Part shown: positions 1-12,599 of the stretch, piece after piece | How the letters are laid out: each line of letters starts with the position of its first letter | Numbering within the stretch: the first letter of the stretch is position 1 | Origin: Scyliorhinus canicula | Taxonomy: Eukaryota | Direction of reading: 5' to 3' | Length of the DNA stretch: 64,000 nucleotides | Assembly: GCF_902713615.1 (NCBI RefSeq) | Contig: NW_024055493.1 | Span: 62,001-126,000 of the forward strand | Position numbers and translations under genes: made by a program | Notes under the pieces: model-generated | What the model saw: the letters and a program-made list of their open reading frames with translations, nothing else | Databases searched by the model: none | What the model was told of the DNA's origin: nothing

Positions 1-1075
1 AGGCTGGTCTTTTACTAGTCTTGGGTCTTATTCTGACGGGATGGCAATGGTGAATGGGAATTCCACTGGCTCCATCTAAAATATCAGTTATTCCAAAAAT
101 AGCACACCAGTCTCTGTTTATATTACACCGAACGATGTTCCTGTTGCCTGTCTCGATATTATAAATTATATTATATATTTGCTTGTTTGTACGAGTACAA
201 TCATTGTTGATTTGGAGATTATATTAATTCTTGTTAATACCTATAAGTAGTTCTATGAAATGTGTATTTGCTCTGCTACCATGTGGGTAATATTGAGTTG
301 AATATTTTACCACCATCCCAGTAATGAACTGGGCTTGAGGGACAGGTCTACATGTGAACATCGCTGCATTGCAATTTCCAAAAGTTAATGGAAATCTCTG
401 TTTTGTTCAAAATGATGAATTTACTCTTGTATTATACTCTATCCATTGGAAAGTTGTTTCATGATGAGGATTCTTTTCCTGCCTCGTTTTATATTCACTA
501 AACGCCTAATATACTGACAGTGTTAGACAGAACAGTTCTCTAACAGAATCACCAGATTGACACCCACAGGATAAATGTCCACCCAATCATAGAACTCTCA
601 TCTGGTTAAGAAGAGCAAGTGACTTCACTTCAAAAAGGGATTGGCCGTTCGCATAGGTGTGCATATAAAATATTGTTCTTGGGTTTTGCAACTGTAATTT
701 ATCAAGACATTAAGTTATGTTCAGAATTAATTGTTTCGCTTTGCCATGTCTTCATACGTCTCGGCCCTAAGCTCTGGTATTCATTCCCTACTCCTCTTTA
801 CCTCAATTCCCTTAATAAAATCATCCCAAATAACCAAGCTTTTAATCATCTGACCTATTAAGTCTTTACACATATATTAATCCACACCCTGCAGTAGGAA
901 TGACTGCAATAGAGCATGCCTCAGTTTATAACATTCCAGACCCTGAATCAATAATCATTGCTTTATATCCTATATCATTTAAGGGTAATCTCGTCTGCAC
1001 GAGAACCTGTATCGGTTTACGTTAGTCTAGACCTTGCATCAGTAATCACTGCACTAGATCCAATCTCAGTAGCAC
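1..1075. repeat. Diverged local duplication, copy A (paralogous to ~4597-6765)
   Basis: Collinear shared anchors, e.g. ttgttcaaaatgatgaatttactcttgt (~403 and ~6073), aaatgtccacccaatcata (~574 and ~6254), ctcatctggttaagaagagcaa and gctctggtattcattccctac. No coding signal. Confidence 0.75.
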
Positions 1076-1080
1076 AATTG

Positions 1081-1325
1081 CTTCACAGCGCCAGAGTCCC
1101 AGTCTGTGCGGAGTCGGCACGTTCTCCCCGTGTCTGCGTGAGTTTCCATTGGGTGCTCCGGCGTCCTCCCACAAGTCCCAAAAGATGTGCTGTTCGGTAA
1201 TTTGAACATTCTGAATTCTCCATCTGTGTACCCAAACAGGCGGCGGAATGTGGCAACTGGGATCTTTTCACAGTGACTTCATTGCAGTGCTAATGTCAGC
1301 TTACTTGTGATAAAAATATTATTAG
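1081..1325 (+). mobile_element. Degenerate HE1-like SINE
   Basis: Has the HE1 body gcacgttctccccgtgtctgcgtg...gggtgctccgg...ctcccaca, followed by the ggaatgtggc...ttttcacagt tail shared with other copies here. Confidence 0.7.
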
Positions 1326-2639
1326 ATTAGTTTCGGTTAATCTCCACCCTATGTGGGTGAAAATCGTTTTAGACCTTGTCATAGAGTCACGGAGAGTTAG
1401 AGGTTTACAATACAGAAAGATGCCCGTCACCCACCATATCTGCGATGGCAATCAGGTACCTATCTATTCTGAGATAGTCCATAGATTGTCTTCCTACCAT
1501 AAAACTATAAGACACAGGAGCAGAATTCGACGATTAGGCCAATCGAGTGCGCTCCACATTCAATCACGACTATTATGTTTCGAAAAGTCTATCTCCTGCC
1601 TTCTTGCCATAACCCTTGATCCCTTATTAATCAAGAAACTATCTATCTCTGTTAGCCTGGTTAGAAAGAGGGAAAGATCCTTCGACACTGCCACATCAAA
1701 TCCTCACCACCCTCTTCAGCTCAGGGTAGACACAGGGTAAATGTTTCTCCACAGTTCTCATTAAACACTGCAAGGTAATTGAATGCTCCAACCACATTTT
1801 AGAGTAAAACTCCGTCTATGTATTCCAATTCATTGGATTCGATCCATTTAGCTGGAAGCCAATGGGGTGAGATTGGGCTGAGAGATTATATTCGGCACAT
1901 GTTGACTTCATGTCGTCGATTAAAGGCAATGACCCATTGTGGAGAGACATGAGACAGAACCAGTTAGGAAAAGGGACAGGTATCAGATGCAGGAGAACTG
2001 GAAAACTCTATGAACATATTTTGCATGTCATTGAGGGAATCTTTCCTAATTCTGAACATGGATATCATGATGACCTTTTTCTCATATAACTGATGAAGAA
2101 TCAAATGTCAAAAAAATCATTACTGGAATCCGTTGATCTATTTGCGTCTTTGCCTCTATTTCTGTGCTGTGTCGGTGGGGAAATAGTTGCTGTGCTTTCG
2201 TCAGTGTATAATCTAATCTGAGACTTCTATTTCTGTGTTTATTTACATATACACCTCACTGGTTACAATGAAGTGTCTGCATCAACAAAACGAGATAAAC
2301 AGTCATTTATTGATTAGATTCAACTTAAAATAGCGGTTTATTTTAGGAATATTGACAGTTGGTTGAAACGTATAGAAACATCCATTAGAGCAGATGTTAC
2401 TTAATTGAAATCAAAAAAATAAATTTAAATTAAGTATTAATTCTGAAAGTTCTGATGCCTCAATTAATAAATCATCTTTAACTAGGCTGTTATTCCACTG
2501 AATATTAATTTAATTGAAACATTAACCGATTTAAAGGAGGTAAATTAAAACATCTGGCAGAGGAGTGACCCATAGTCACGTTAATCTCAGATCTTTCAAC
2601 ATGTTGCAACCTGCATTTTAAAATGTAAACGTTTGGAAA

Positions 2640-3080
2640 GAGCTTGCTTTTGTAAAACGCTCTACCCGACTTCAGGTCATCCCAACGCCCTTCAAACTCA
2701 CTGATGTATTTTAGCTGAATTTAGTTACTGCTGTAATGTCGGAAACAGAGCGGAGAATTTGCGCACAGCAAGCTCCCACAAACTGAGATGTGATAAGTGA
2801 CCAGCTAATCTGTGATTTTAGTTCAAGAACGGATGTTGGTCCAAGATACTGGGAAAAGCAGCTCTACTCTTTACAATTATGTCATTGAGGCAATCCACCT
2901 GAAATGTGAATCTGTTCCTCTCTCTGCTCACTGACCTGCTGAGCAGCCTTTTGTTTTGTTTTTGTTTTACATTTCCGGAATCTGCAGCACTTTGCACAGT
3001 TTTTAACATTCATTCTCGGAATATAACCCTCACTGGCAAAGTCAGCATTAACTGTCCAACCTGAGAAGCCGGATGTGAAC
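2640..3080 (+). mobile_element. Old Deu-domain SINE remnant (SacSINE1/AmnSINE1-like)
   Basis: gcgcacagcaagctcccacaaac...gtgataagtgaccagctaatctg at 2761-2810 resembles the conserved DeuSINE central domain as I recall it. Confidence 0.6.
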
Positions 3081-3384
3081 CACCTTTTAGACAAGGTGCA
3101 CTTCCGATGGTTGAATTCACATCTGACTTTCTGTGGCAGCAGACCTTGAACTGATTGGCCTGCTCGGCAATATCAGAGATAGTTAAGCGTCAACCACATC
3201 ACTGCTGAACTAGACACATTGAGACCAGATAGGGTAAGCAGGGAAGATTTCTTCTCCTGAAGGACATTGGTGAACCTGCTGGGCTTTGAGAAATTTCGCT
3301 AGCTTCATGAGTATTATGAATGACGCAACAATTTTATTTCTGAATTATTAATTCATCCAATTGAAAGTCCCCCAGCTGCCATAA

Positions 3385-3570
3385 AACCAGCGGCTGGTTT
3401 AGCTCACTGGGCTAATTCGCTGCTTTTTAAAGCTGACCAAGCAGGCCAGCAGCATGGTTCGATTCCCGTACCAGTCTCCCCGGCCAGGTGTCGGAGTGTG
3501 GCGACTAGGGGCTTTTCACATTAACCTCATTGAAGCCTAGTCGTGACAATAAGCAATTTTCATTTTCAAA
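3385..3570 (+). mobile_element. Shark SINE family B (ggggctggtttagctcactgggctaa... type)
   Basis: Same ~185-bp sequence recurs at ~6768-6955 (+), ~11750-11915 (-), ~23922-24090 (+), ~50230-50340 (tail only) and ~51040-51210 (+). It has A-box-like and ggttcgattcc B-box-like motifs and a (catttt)n tail. Confidence 0.8.
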
Positions 3571-3574
3571 CCAT

Positions 3575-4260
3575 ATGGTGTAGGAGCAGAAGGTGGCCAT
3601 TCGGCCCATGGAATATGATCTGCCATTCAATGAGATCGTGGCTGATCTAATAAATCCTCAACTCCACTTTTCCGCCTTATCCTCATAATCCTTGATTCCC
3701 TGACTAATGAAAAATATGTCTGTCACAGTCTTGGACATATTTATTGACCCGGCCTCTCCAATTCTCTGCACCATAGAATTACTCCCCACTGAGAGACGAA
3801 ATTCCTCTTCATCCACGTCTGAAATGAGCGACACCTTACTCTGAGATGGTGCCCTACGGCCCCAGACTCTCCCACAAGCAGAAACAACCTCGAGCATCCA
3901 TACTGTCAAGCTCCTTGAAAATACTACATATCTCAGTAAGTTCGCCTCTCACTCTTCTAAACTCCAATGCGTGTAGGTCTTCCCAACTTAGACTCTCCTC
4001 ATGTCAGTCTCTGTGGTGCAATTGGTCAACGTTTTTCGCTGCAAACCGAGAGGTCTGTGCTTCAAGACTTTCCAGGGCCGGATTCCTCTCTATTTGATGA
4101 CAGGCGCAGTAACGATGGGCCGAAGAACCTCTTTCTGTGCTGTGAAATTCCAGCTACCGATGAAAATCCATCCACACCCGAGATTAACCTAATGAACCTT
4201 CTCTGGACTGCCTCCAAAATATCTATCCTGAGGTGAGGAGACCAAAACTGCTCACATCAT
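3575..4260 (-). mobile_element. Degenerate CR1 LINE 3' remnant
   Basis: Reverse complement matches the CR1 3' end seen at 15300-15840; many stops. Confidence 0.65.
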
Positions 4261-4596
4261 TGCAATATGCCCTGGTGGAATTTGTATTCGAGTCTCTGGA
4301 TTAATAGTTTATGCCTCCAGATTACCAGTCCAGTAATATATTGCGAAGCACCCCTAGGACTGTAATATCATCACATCTAAAAGATGGAGCAACTGAAACA
4401 TAAAATACTCCTGCATTGGATCACATCTGGGTCATGGGCTCAGGTATCTGTTGTGAGAAGTGATATTGATTCCACTGAGACAAGACTGTTAACCTATCAT
4501 GGTTTGCATGTTGACATTACATTCTGAAATATTGCTCAGTGTATCTAAAGTTCTTATTCTGGGTGCAGCCTTACATGGGTCAATTTAATTTTCAGA

Positions 4597-6765
4597 GGCT
4601 AGTCTTTTCTTCGTCTTGTGTCTTATTCTTGTTATAAATTTAGAGTACCCAATTAATTTTTTCCAAATCAAGGGGCAGTTTAGCGCAGCCAATCCACCTA
4701 CCCTGTACATCTTCGGGTTTTGGGGGTGAAACCCACGCAGACACGGGGAGGATGTGCAAACTTCACGCAGTCAGGGACCGAGAGTCGGGATCGAACCTGG
4801 TACCTCGGCACCGTGAGGCAGCAGTGCTAACCACTGCACCACCATGCTGCCCCCGTCTTGTGTCTAATTCGGACACGATGGTAATGGTGAACGGTAATTC
4901 CACTGGCTCCATATAAAATGTCAGTAATTCCAAAAATAGCATCTGAACACAAGCAAGGCAGAAACATATATACAACTGGGTCTTCACACTGCATGAGCTG
5001 CACGGTCACATCGGTTGGAAGCTCGGATTGTTTTCCTTCGAACCGAGCAGTTTTTGGGAGGCGTGGTAAAAATGGTCAAAATTATGAATGGCTTTGTTTG
5101 ATTAATTAGGAAGAAAGTTGATTCACTGGCAGGAGGGTCAGAAATCAGAAGACACTAATTTATGAAATATTAATTTCCCCCTCATTATAAACCTATCAAA
5201 TTGTAAAAGGACTGGACAGGGAAGATGCTGAAAGGATGTGTCCGATGGCGGGGAAGGTAGAACCAGGGGTCACAGTCTAAGGATACGGGGTAAACCATTT
5301 AATACTGAGATGAGGAGTAATATCTTCACCCTGGGAGTTGTGAACCTGTTGAATTCTCTACCACAGAACGACGTTGACTCCAAAGTATTGTATGTTTTCA
5401 AGGAGGAGTTAGATAAAGCTCTTGGGGATCAAAACTCTGAAGGGACCAAATGATATGGGGGAAAGTGGGAACAGGTTACTAAGGTGGATGATCAGCCATG
5501 ATCATAATGATTAGCGGAGCAGGCTCGAAGGGCAGAATGGTCTACCCCTGCTCTATTTTCTCTGTCACTGTATTACATCAAATCTGTTTATTCTCATGTT
5601 AAATGAGACCCTGTCTTTATCTCTATTAAAGTAACCCCTGTCCCTGTCTATACTACACTGTACTGTTTGTGCTGCACTCAATTAATAATACGCTAGAACA
5701 TACATAGGATTAGATCACATTAAGTTCCGCCTCTATGATATTCCACAGGAATTTGTATCTTCACATTACACCAAGGCCTGTCTCTGTTGATATTACACCG
5801 GACAATGTTCCTGTTACCTGTCTGGATATTATAAATTATTGGACATGTTTGCTTGTTTCTCCAAGTGCAATCATCGTTGATTTTGAGATTATGTTAATTC
5901 ATGTTAATATCTATAAGTAGTTGTATTAAATGTGTATTTCCTCTGCTATCATGTGGGCAATATTGAGTTGAATACTTTACCACTATCCCAGTAATGAATT
6001 GGTCTTGGGAGACATGTCTACATGTGAACACCGGTGCACAGCTATTTCCAAAATTTAGTGGAAATCTCTGTTTTGTTCAAAATGATGAATTTACTCTTGT
6101 GTTATACTCTATCGATTGGAAAGTATTTTTTCACGATGATGATTATTTTCCTGCCTCGATTTATATTAACCGATCACCTGTGCACTGGCAGAGTTAGACA
6201 GAACCGTATTCTCACAGTATCGCCACGATGGTAATGGTGGGCACCCATAGGAGAAATGTCCACCCAATCATAAAACACTCATCTGGTTAAGAAGAGCAAC
6301 TAAAATGGCTGCAAAAGCGTATTAGCCGTTAGTGTAGGTGTGCATGTGAAACATTTTTCTTAATTTTTGCAACTCCAATCGATCAAGGCGTATTGTTATC
6401 TTCAGAATTATTTGGTTGATTTTGCGATATCTTCATATGTCTCGGTCCTCAGCTCTGGTATTCATTCCCTACACCTCGTTACCTCAATTCCCTTATTATA
6501 ATCATCCCATAACCGGCCTCATCAACCACATTTTTAATCATCTGGCCTAATAACTCTGTACACGTATATTAATCCAGACCTTGACCAGGAATGACTGCAA
6601 TAGACCCTGCCTCAGTTTATAATATCCTAGATACTTTATGAATAATCACTGCTTTAGATCCTATCTCATTTAAGTTAATGAAACTTTGTATCGGTAATCG
6701 CTGCACTAGAACCTGTCTCGGTTTATGGTAATCTATACCCTGCATCAGTAATCACTGCACGGGAT
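4597..6765. repeat. Diverged local duplication, copy B, interrupted by a SINE (4632-4855) and a CR1 3' fragment (~5150-5550)
   Basis: Collinear with 1-1075 once the insertions are removed. Confidence 0.7.
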
Positions 6766-6984
6766 CCAGGGGCTGGTTTAGCTCACTGGGCTAAATCGCT
6801 GGCTTTTGAAGCAGACCAAGTAGGCCAGCAGCACGGTTCAATTCCCGTACCAGCTTCCCCGGACAGGCGCCGGAATGTGGCGACTAGGGGCTTTTCACAG
6901 TAACTTCATTGAAGCCTACTCGTGATAATAAGCGATTTTCATTTCATTTCATTTCAATCTCAATTTAGGTTCATCTACACCCTG

Positions 6985-8670
6985 TACCCCTGAGGGATAG
7001 GATCTATTCACATTTGGAAGAAAATAGATTTATCAGTGGTAGGCAGCGTGGTTTTGTGCAGGGAAGGTCATGTCTTACCTAATAGTATTCTTTGAGGAAG
7101 TGACAAAGTTAATTAATGAGGGAAAGGCTGTAGATGTCATATACATGGACTTCAGTAAGGCGTTTGATAAAGTTTCCCATGGCAGGTTGACGGAAAAAGT
7201 TAAGTATGGTGTTCAGGGTGTACTAGCTAGATGGATAAAGAACTGACTGGGCAACAGGAGACAGAGAGTAGTGCTGGAAGGGAGTGTCTCAAAATGGAGA
7301 AAGGTGACTAGTGGTGTTCCACAGGGATCTGTGCTCGGACCACTGTTGTTTTTGATATACATAAATGATCTGGACGAAGGTATAGGTGGTCTGATTAGCA
7401 TGTTTGTAGATGATACTAAGATTGGTGGTGTTGCAGATAGGGAGGAGGACTGTCAGAGAATACAGCAAAATATTGTTAGATTGGAGAGTTGGGCAGAGAA
7501 ATGGCAGATGGAGTTCAATCTAGGCAAATGCGAGGTGATGTATTTTGGAAGATCTAATTCAAGAGCCGACTATATGGTCAGTGGAAGAGTCCTAGGGAAA
7601 ATTGATGTACAGAGAGATCTGGGAGTTCAGGTCCATTGTGCCCTGAAGTTGCCAACGCAGGTCGATAGAGTGGTCAAGAAGGCATACAGCATGTTTGCCT
7701 TCATCGGACGGGGTATAGAGTACAAGAGTCGGCAGGTCATGTTACAGTTAGGGGGCAGCAGGGTAGCATGGTGGTTAGCATAAATGCTTCACAGCTCCAG
7801 GGTCCCAGGTTCGATTCCCGGCTGGGTCACTGTCTGTGTGGAGTCTGCACGTCCTCCCCCTGTGTGCGTGGGTTTCCTCCGGGTGCTCCGGTTTCCTCCC
7901 ACAGTCCAAAGATGTGCGGGTTAGGTGGATTGGCCATGCTAAATTGCCCGTAGTGTCCTAATAAAAGTAAGGTTAAGGGGGTGGGGTTGTTGGGTTACGG
8001 GTATAGGGTGGATACGTGGGTTTGAGTAGGGTGATCATGGCTCGGCACAACATTGAGGGCCGAAGGGCCTGTTCTGTGCTGTACTGTTCTATGTTCTAGT
8101 TGTATAGGACTTTGGTGAGGCATGTATAGGACATTTGGAATACTGCGTGCAGTTCTGGTCGCCACATTACCGGAAGGATGTGGATGCTTTAGAGAGGGTG
8201 CAGAGGAGGTTCACCAGGATGTTGCCTGGTATGGAGGGTGCAAGCTATGAAGATAGGTTGAGTAGATTAGGATTGTTTTCGTTGGAAAGACGGATGTTGA
8301 GGGGGGACCTGATTGAGGTCTACAAAATTATGAGAGGTATGGACAGGGTGGATAGCAACAAGCTTTTTCCAAGAGTGGGGGTGTCAATTACAAGGGGTCA
8401 CGATTTCAAGGTGAGAGGGGGAAAGTTTAAGGGAGATGTGCATGGAAAGTGTTTTACGCAGAGGGTGGTGGGTGCCTGGAACGCTTTGCCAGCGGAGGTG
8501 GTCGAGGCGGGCACGTTGGCATCATTTAAGATGCATCTGGACAGATATATGAACGGGCAGGGAACAGAGGGAAGTAGATCCTTGGAAAATAGGCGACAGG
8601 TTTAGATAAAGGATCTGGATCGGCGCAGGCTGGGAGGGCCGAAGGGCCTGTTCCTGTGCTGTAATTTTCT
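6985..8670 (+). mobile_element. 5'-truncated CR1 LINE reverse-transcriptase remnant, split by an HE1 SINE
   Basis: ORF 7271-7783 has SGVPQGSVLGPLLF and FVDD; ORF 8135-8605 has EYCVQFWSPHYRKD...LERVQRRFTR, the CR1 RT C-terminus. Confidence 0.9.
7751..8097 (+). mobile_element. Young full-length HE1-type SINE
   Basis: tRNA-like head (gggcagca..gtagcatggtggttagc...ggttcgattccc) and CR1-like tail. Near-identical copy at 22348-22686 (-) gives the same spurious 61-67 aa ORF. Confidence 0.9.
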
Positions 8671-8879
8671 TTGTTCTTTGTATTAGTGATCATTGCTTTG
8701 GACTCTGTCATAGGGTCATGGAGTCTGAGAGTTTTACAGTATAGAAAGATGCCCTTCCACCGATCATTTCTGCAACGACAATCAAGCACCTATCTATTCT
8801 AATATCGTCCATAGATTGTCTTCCTACCATAAAATCATAAAACATAGTAGCAGAACCCGGCCTTTCAGTCCATCGAGTC

Positions 8880-10950
8880 TGCTCCGCATTCAATCATGAC
8901 TGTTATGTTTCTAATCCTCATTTTCCCGCCTTCTCCCCATAATCCGTGGCCCCCTTATTAATCAATAACCTGTCTGCCTCTATCTTATAGACACTCAGTG
9001 ATTTGGCCTCCACAGCCTTCTGCGGGAATGAGTTCCACAGATTCAAGACCCCCTGCCTGAATAAATATATCCTCTTCTCAGTTTTGAAGGATCGTCCCTT
9101 AAATCTGAGGCTGTGCCCTCGGGTTCTAGTTTCACCTACTAGGCCTCTCGCTATTCTGTAAGTTTCAGTGTGACCCCACCCCCACCCCCCCGCCCCGCGC
9201 CCCACTCCCCACACGGCGCTTCATCCTTCTAAAGTCTATCCAGCACAGACCCAGAGTCCTCAACCGCTCCTCATATGACAAGTCCGTCATTCCGAGGATC
9301 AGTCTTGTGAATCTCCTCTGGAGCTTCTCCAAGGCCAGCACATCGTTTCTTAGATAAGCCGACCAAAACTGCTCACAATTTTCCAAATGGGGGTCTGACC
9401 AGAGCCTTATAGAGCCTCAACAGTTACATCCCTGCTCTTGTAATATAGCCCTCGCGACATGAATGCTAACATTGCATTTGTCTTCCCAGCTGCCAACTGA
9501 ACTTGCATGTTAACCTTAAGAGAATCGTCAACTAGAAATCCTAAGTGCATTTGAGCTTCTGATTTCATAAGCTCTACCCCAATTAGAAAATACTCTCTGT
9601 TTCCTCCAAAATGCAGAACCTCACACTTTTCTACATTGTATTCCATCTTCCACTGCTTTGCACACTCTCTTAGCCTGACCAGGTCTTTCTGCAGCCTCTC
9701 TGCTTCCTCAGCACCATCTGTCCCTCTACGTATCTGAGCATCATCTGAAAACGTAGCATCAGTGCCCTCAGTTCAAAGGTAATAATAAAATCTTTATTAG
9801 CTTTTACATTACATCAGCCTTTAAAGGCTTCCGGATCCTCCGGCATCCCATTAATCTTCGCCACATTGCATGCTTATTCCTTTGCTTTTCTGCTGTCCTT
9901 GACTTCCCTTTTCAACCATGGATGCCCTGTCCTCCCCTTAGCATGGTTCCTCTTCTTTGGGATTAATTTTTGCAGTGCCTCGCGAATAATCCCCAAAACG
10001 TCCTGCCACTGCTGTTCCACTGTCTTCCCTGCTGGGCTCCCTTTCCAATCAAACCTGGCCAGCTCTTCCCTTTATCTTTGTAGTTACCTTTATTCAATTG
10101 GAATACCGTTACATTTCATTACAGCTTCTACCTCCCAAACTGCAGGGTGAATTCTATCATAGTGTTGTCATTGCCCGTGAGTGGTCCTTCATCTTAAATT
10201 CCCTACTCAAGTCTCATTATACATCACCAAATGCAGAATTACCTGTTCCCAACTGGGATCTATCACAAGCTGCTCCAAAAAAAATCTCGTCGATATTTCA
10301 CAAAATTCCTTTTCTTGGGATCTGCTACCAAACTGACTTTCCCTGTCCTCCTCCATACTGAAGCCCCCATGATTATTATAATATTTCCTCTCTTATGTGC
10401 CTTTTCTATCTGCTGATTGACATTGTGCCCCACATTCTGACTACGGTTAGGGGCCTGTACATACCTCACATCAGGGTCTTTTTTCCTTTGCGATTCGTCA
10501 ACTCTGCCCACAGGGATTCTACACCTTCGGAATCTTAATTGCTTCTTGCTATCGAGTTAATTTCATTCCATACTCACAATGTAACCCCGCCCCCTTTTTC
10601 CATGCATGCCAATTTCAATGTGTGCAATGAGTTCATTTACCTTGTTCCGTATACTGCCCACATTTAGGTACAACACCCTCAGTTCTGCGTTGACCATCCC
10701 TTCTCATCGTTGTCCCTTTTTCTGCTGTGCCTGAAGTTGCATACACGCCTCTATCCATACTCGGTACTCTAGTACGTGTTCAGGAAACTTTACTAACCTC
10801 CCCTAAGCCCTCGGCCCGTTTTACTCGGTTAATGTCCTGATCATTAACCTGCACTCTCACCTTCTCTTTTAACTTTGGTTTTCTAATTTTTCATGCAACC
10901 GACCGCTCTCCCCCCAATATTTAGATTTAATACATTACTTCTCAGCATTG
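8880..10950 (-). mobile_element. Decayed CR1 LINE ORF2 remnant
   Basis: Minus-strand fragments MEYNVEKCEVLHFG, LEKLQRRFTRLI and ETRTRGHSL, plus endonuclease-like IIMG fragments near 10400; frameshifted. Confidence 0.75.
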
Positions 10951-11029
10951 AATTTTAGCTGCCACCTATCTGCCTGTGTACATGAAAAAAACAGTGACCT
11001 GTTGCAGCCAGGCTGGACGCATCCCTGTG

Positions 11030-11505
11030 ACAACACCAGGGAAGGCGGGAGTGTCATATGAGGAGAGATTGACTATGTAAGGATTGTTCTCGATGGAGTT
11101 CAGAAGAATGAGTGGGGATCCCATAGAGACTGATACAATTCCCGCAGGACGAGACAATGTAGATGCAGGGAAGATGTTACCGATGATGGGTGTGTCCAGA
11201 ACCAGGGGTCACAGCCTAAGGATTCAGGATTCATTTTGGACAGAGATGAGGAGACATTTCTTCACCCAAAGAGTGGCGAGCCTGTGGAATTCATTACCAC
11301 AGGAAATAGTTGATTCTAAAACATTGAATATGTTCAAGAGGCGGCAAGATATAGCACTTGGGGAGAATGGGATCAAAGGCTGTGGGGAGAAAGCAGGGTT
11401 AGGCTATTGAGTTGGATGATCAGCCATGATCGTGATAAATGGCGGAGCAGGCTCGAAGGGCCAAAAGGCCTCCTCCTTCTCCGAACTTCTATGTATCTAT
11501 GTATG
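11030..11505 (+). mobile_element. CR1 LINE 3' fragment
   Basis: SRTRGHSLRI...RHFFTQRVASLWNSLP, followed by the conserved CR1 3' UTR. Confidence 0.8.
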
Positions 11506-12079
11506 TAATCCTCTTCCCTGTTTACTACATTGTCAATTTGGGAGACAAATGCAACATTTCAATTCATATCCTGTGAACCCGAGTTCCGAGTCCTGTCTAT
11601 TAATATATAACAGAAAAAGCAGTGCTGCTAATATTACCCACTGGAGAATAACACTCTGTACCCCACCCAATCTGAAACAATTGTTAACAGCTACACTGTA
11701 TTCTGTCCCTTAGTCACTGTTGTACACATTCTGCTCCTGCCCCTTTAATGAAATGAAAATCGCTTATTGTCACGAGTAGGCTTCAAATGAAGTTACTGTG
11801 AAAAGCCCCTAGTCGCCACATTCCGGCGCCTGTTCGGGGAGGCTGGTACGGGAATCGAACCGTGCTGCTGGCCTGCCTTGGTCTGCTTTCAAAGCCAGCA
11901 ATTTAGCCCTGTGCTAAACCAGCCCCTATATAATCACCTGAACATCAATTTTCCCCACTTTTCATATATGACACAGACATTAAGATATTTGTCCCAGACC
12001 TCTCCATTCCTCGTGTCCCATCAGAATGCCAAGGACAGCTTTAGTAACGCTCTGCTTGTCTAAACTATTCCGTCGAATT

Positions 12080-12470
12080 CTCGCAGGCCTGGTACAGTAC
12101 GGGGTTGCATACAGAGCAAAGCTTCCTGCACACTGAACCAGCAAACACTCTCAGGCCAAATGCATCACAGGATCAGATAAAGAATAAAGCTTCCTGAAAC
12201 CTGTCCCATTATACACTCCCAGGGCCCCAACAGTAAACATTTAGTTACTGAGTAAACTTCCCTTAACAATCTCCCCTCAAATACTCGAAGGACAGGTACA
12301 GTACAGAGCAAAGCCCCCTCCACAACATCCGCCATCTAACATGTGAAGGACAGGTAAAGCACATGTAAGGAACAGAGTAAAGCTTCCTCTTTGCCGTACC
12401 ATCAGATACTTGCAGAGCAGGAAAAACGCAGGGTATGTGGAGAGTAAAGTTCCCCATACTCCGTCCCATT
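12080..12470. repeat. Degenerate ~60-70 bp tandem repeat (cagagtaaagctccc...caggtacag type)
   Basis: Recurring cagag(c/t)aaagct(t/c)cc and gacaggta(c/a)ag motifs at roughly 60-bp spacing; a similar patch lies at ~1720-1830. Confidence 0.55.
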
Positions 12471-12599
12471 AATTGGTGTATAAAACAAAGGATTTATTTG
12501 TGCAGGAGTTTGGTGTGAAAATGTCCACACACACAAAGACTCAGAAAAAAGCGCACATATGTCTTAATGTATATAATCTCAACCGTGTAACGGTGAACA

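Noticed and set aside
7768-7953. Recurring ~60-aa ORF 'CLCGVCTSSPCVRGFPPGAPVSSHSPK' (also 22485, 34697 and others)
   Set aside because: It is a translation of the HE1 SINE body, not a gene family.
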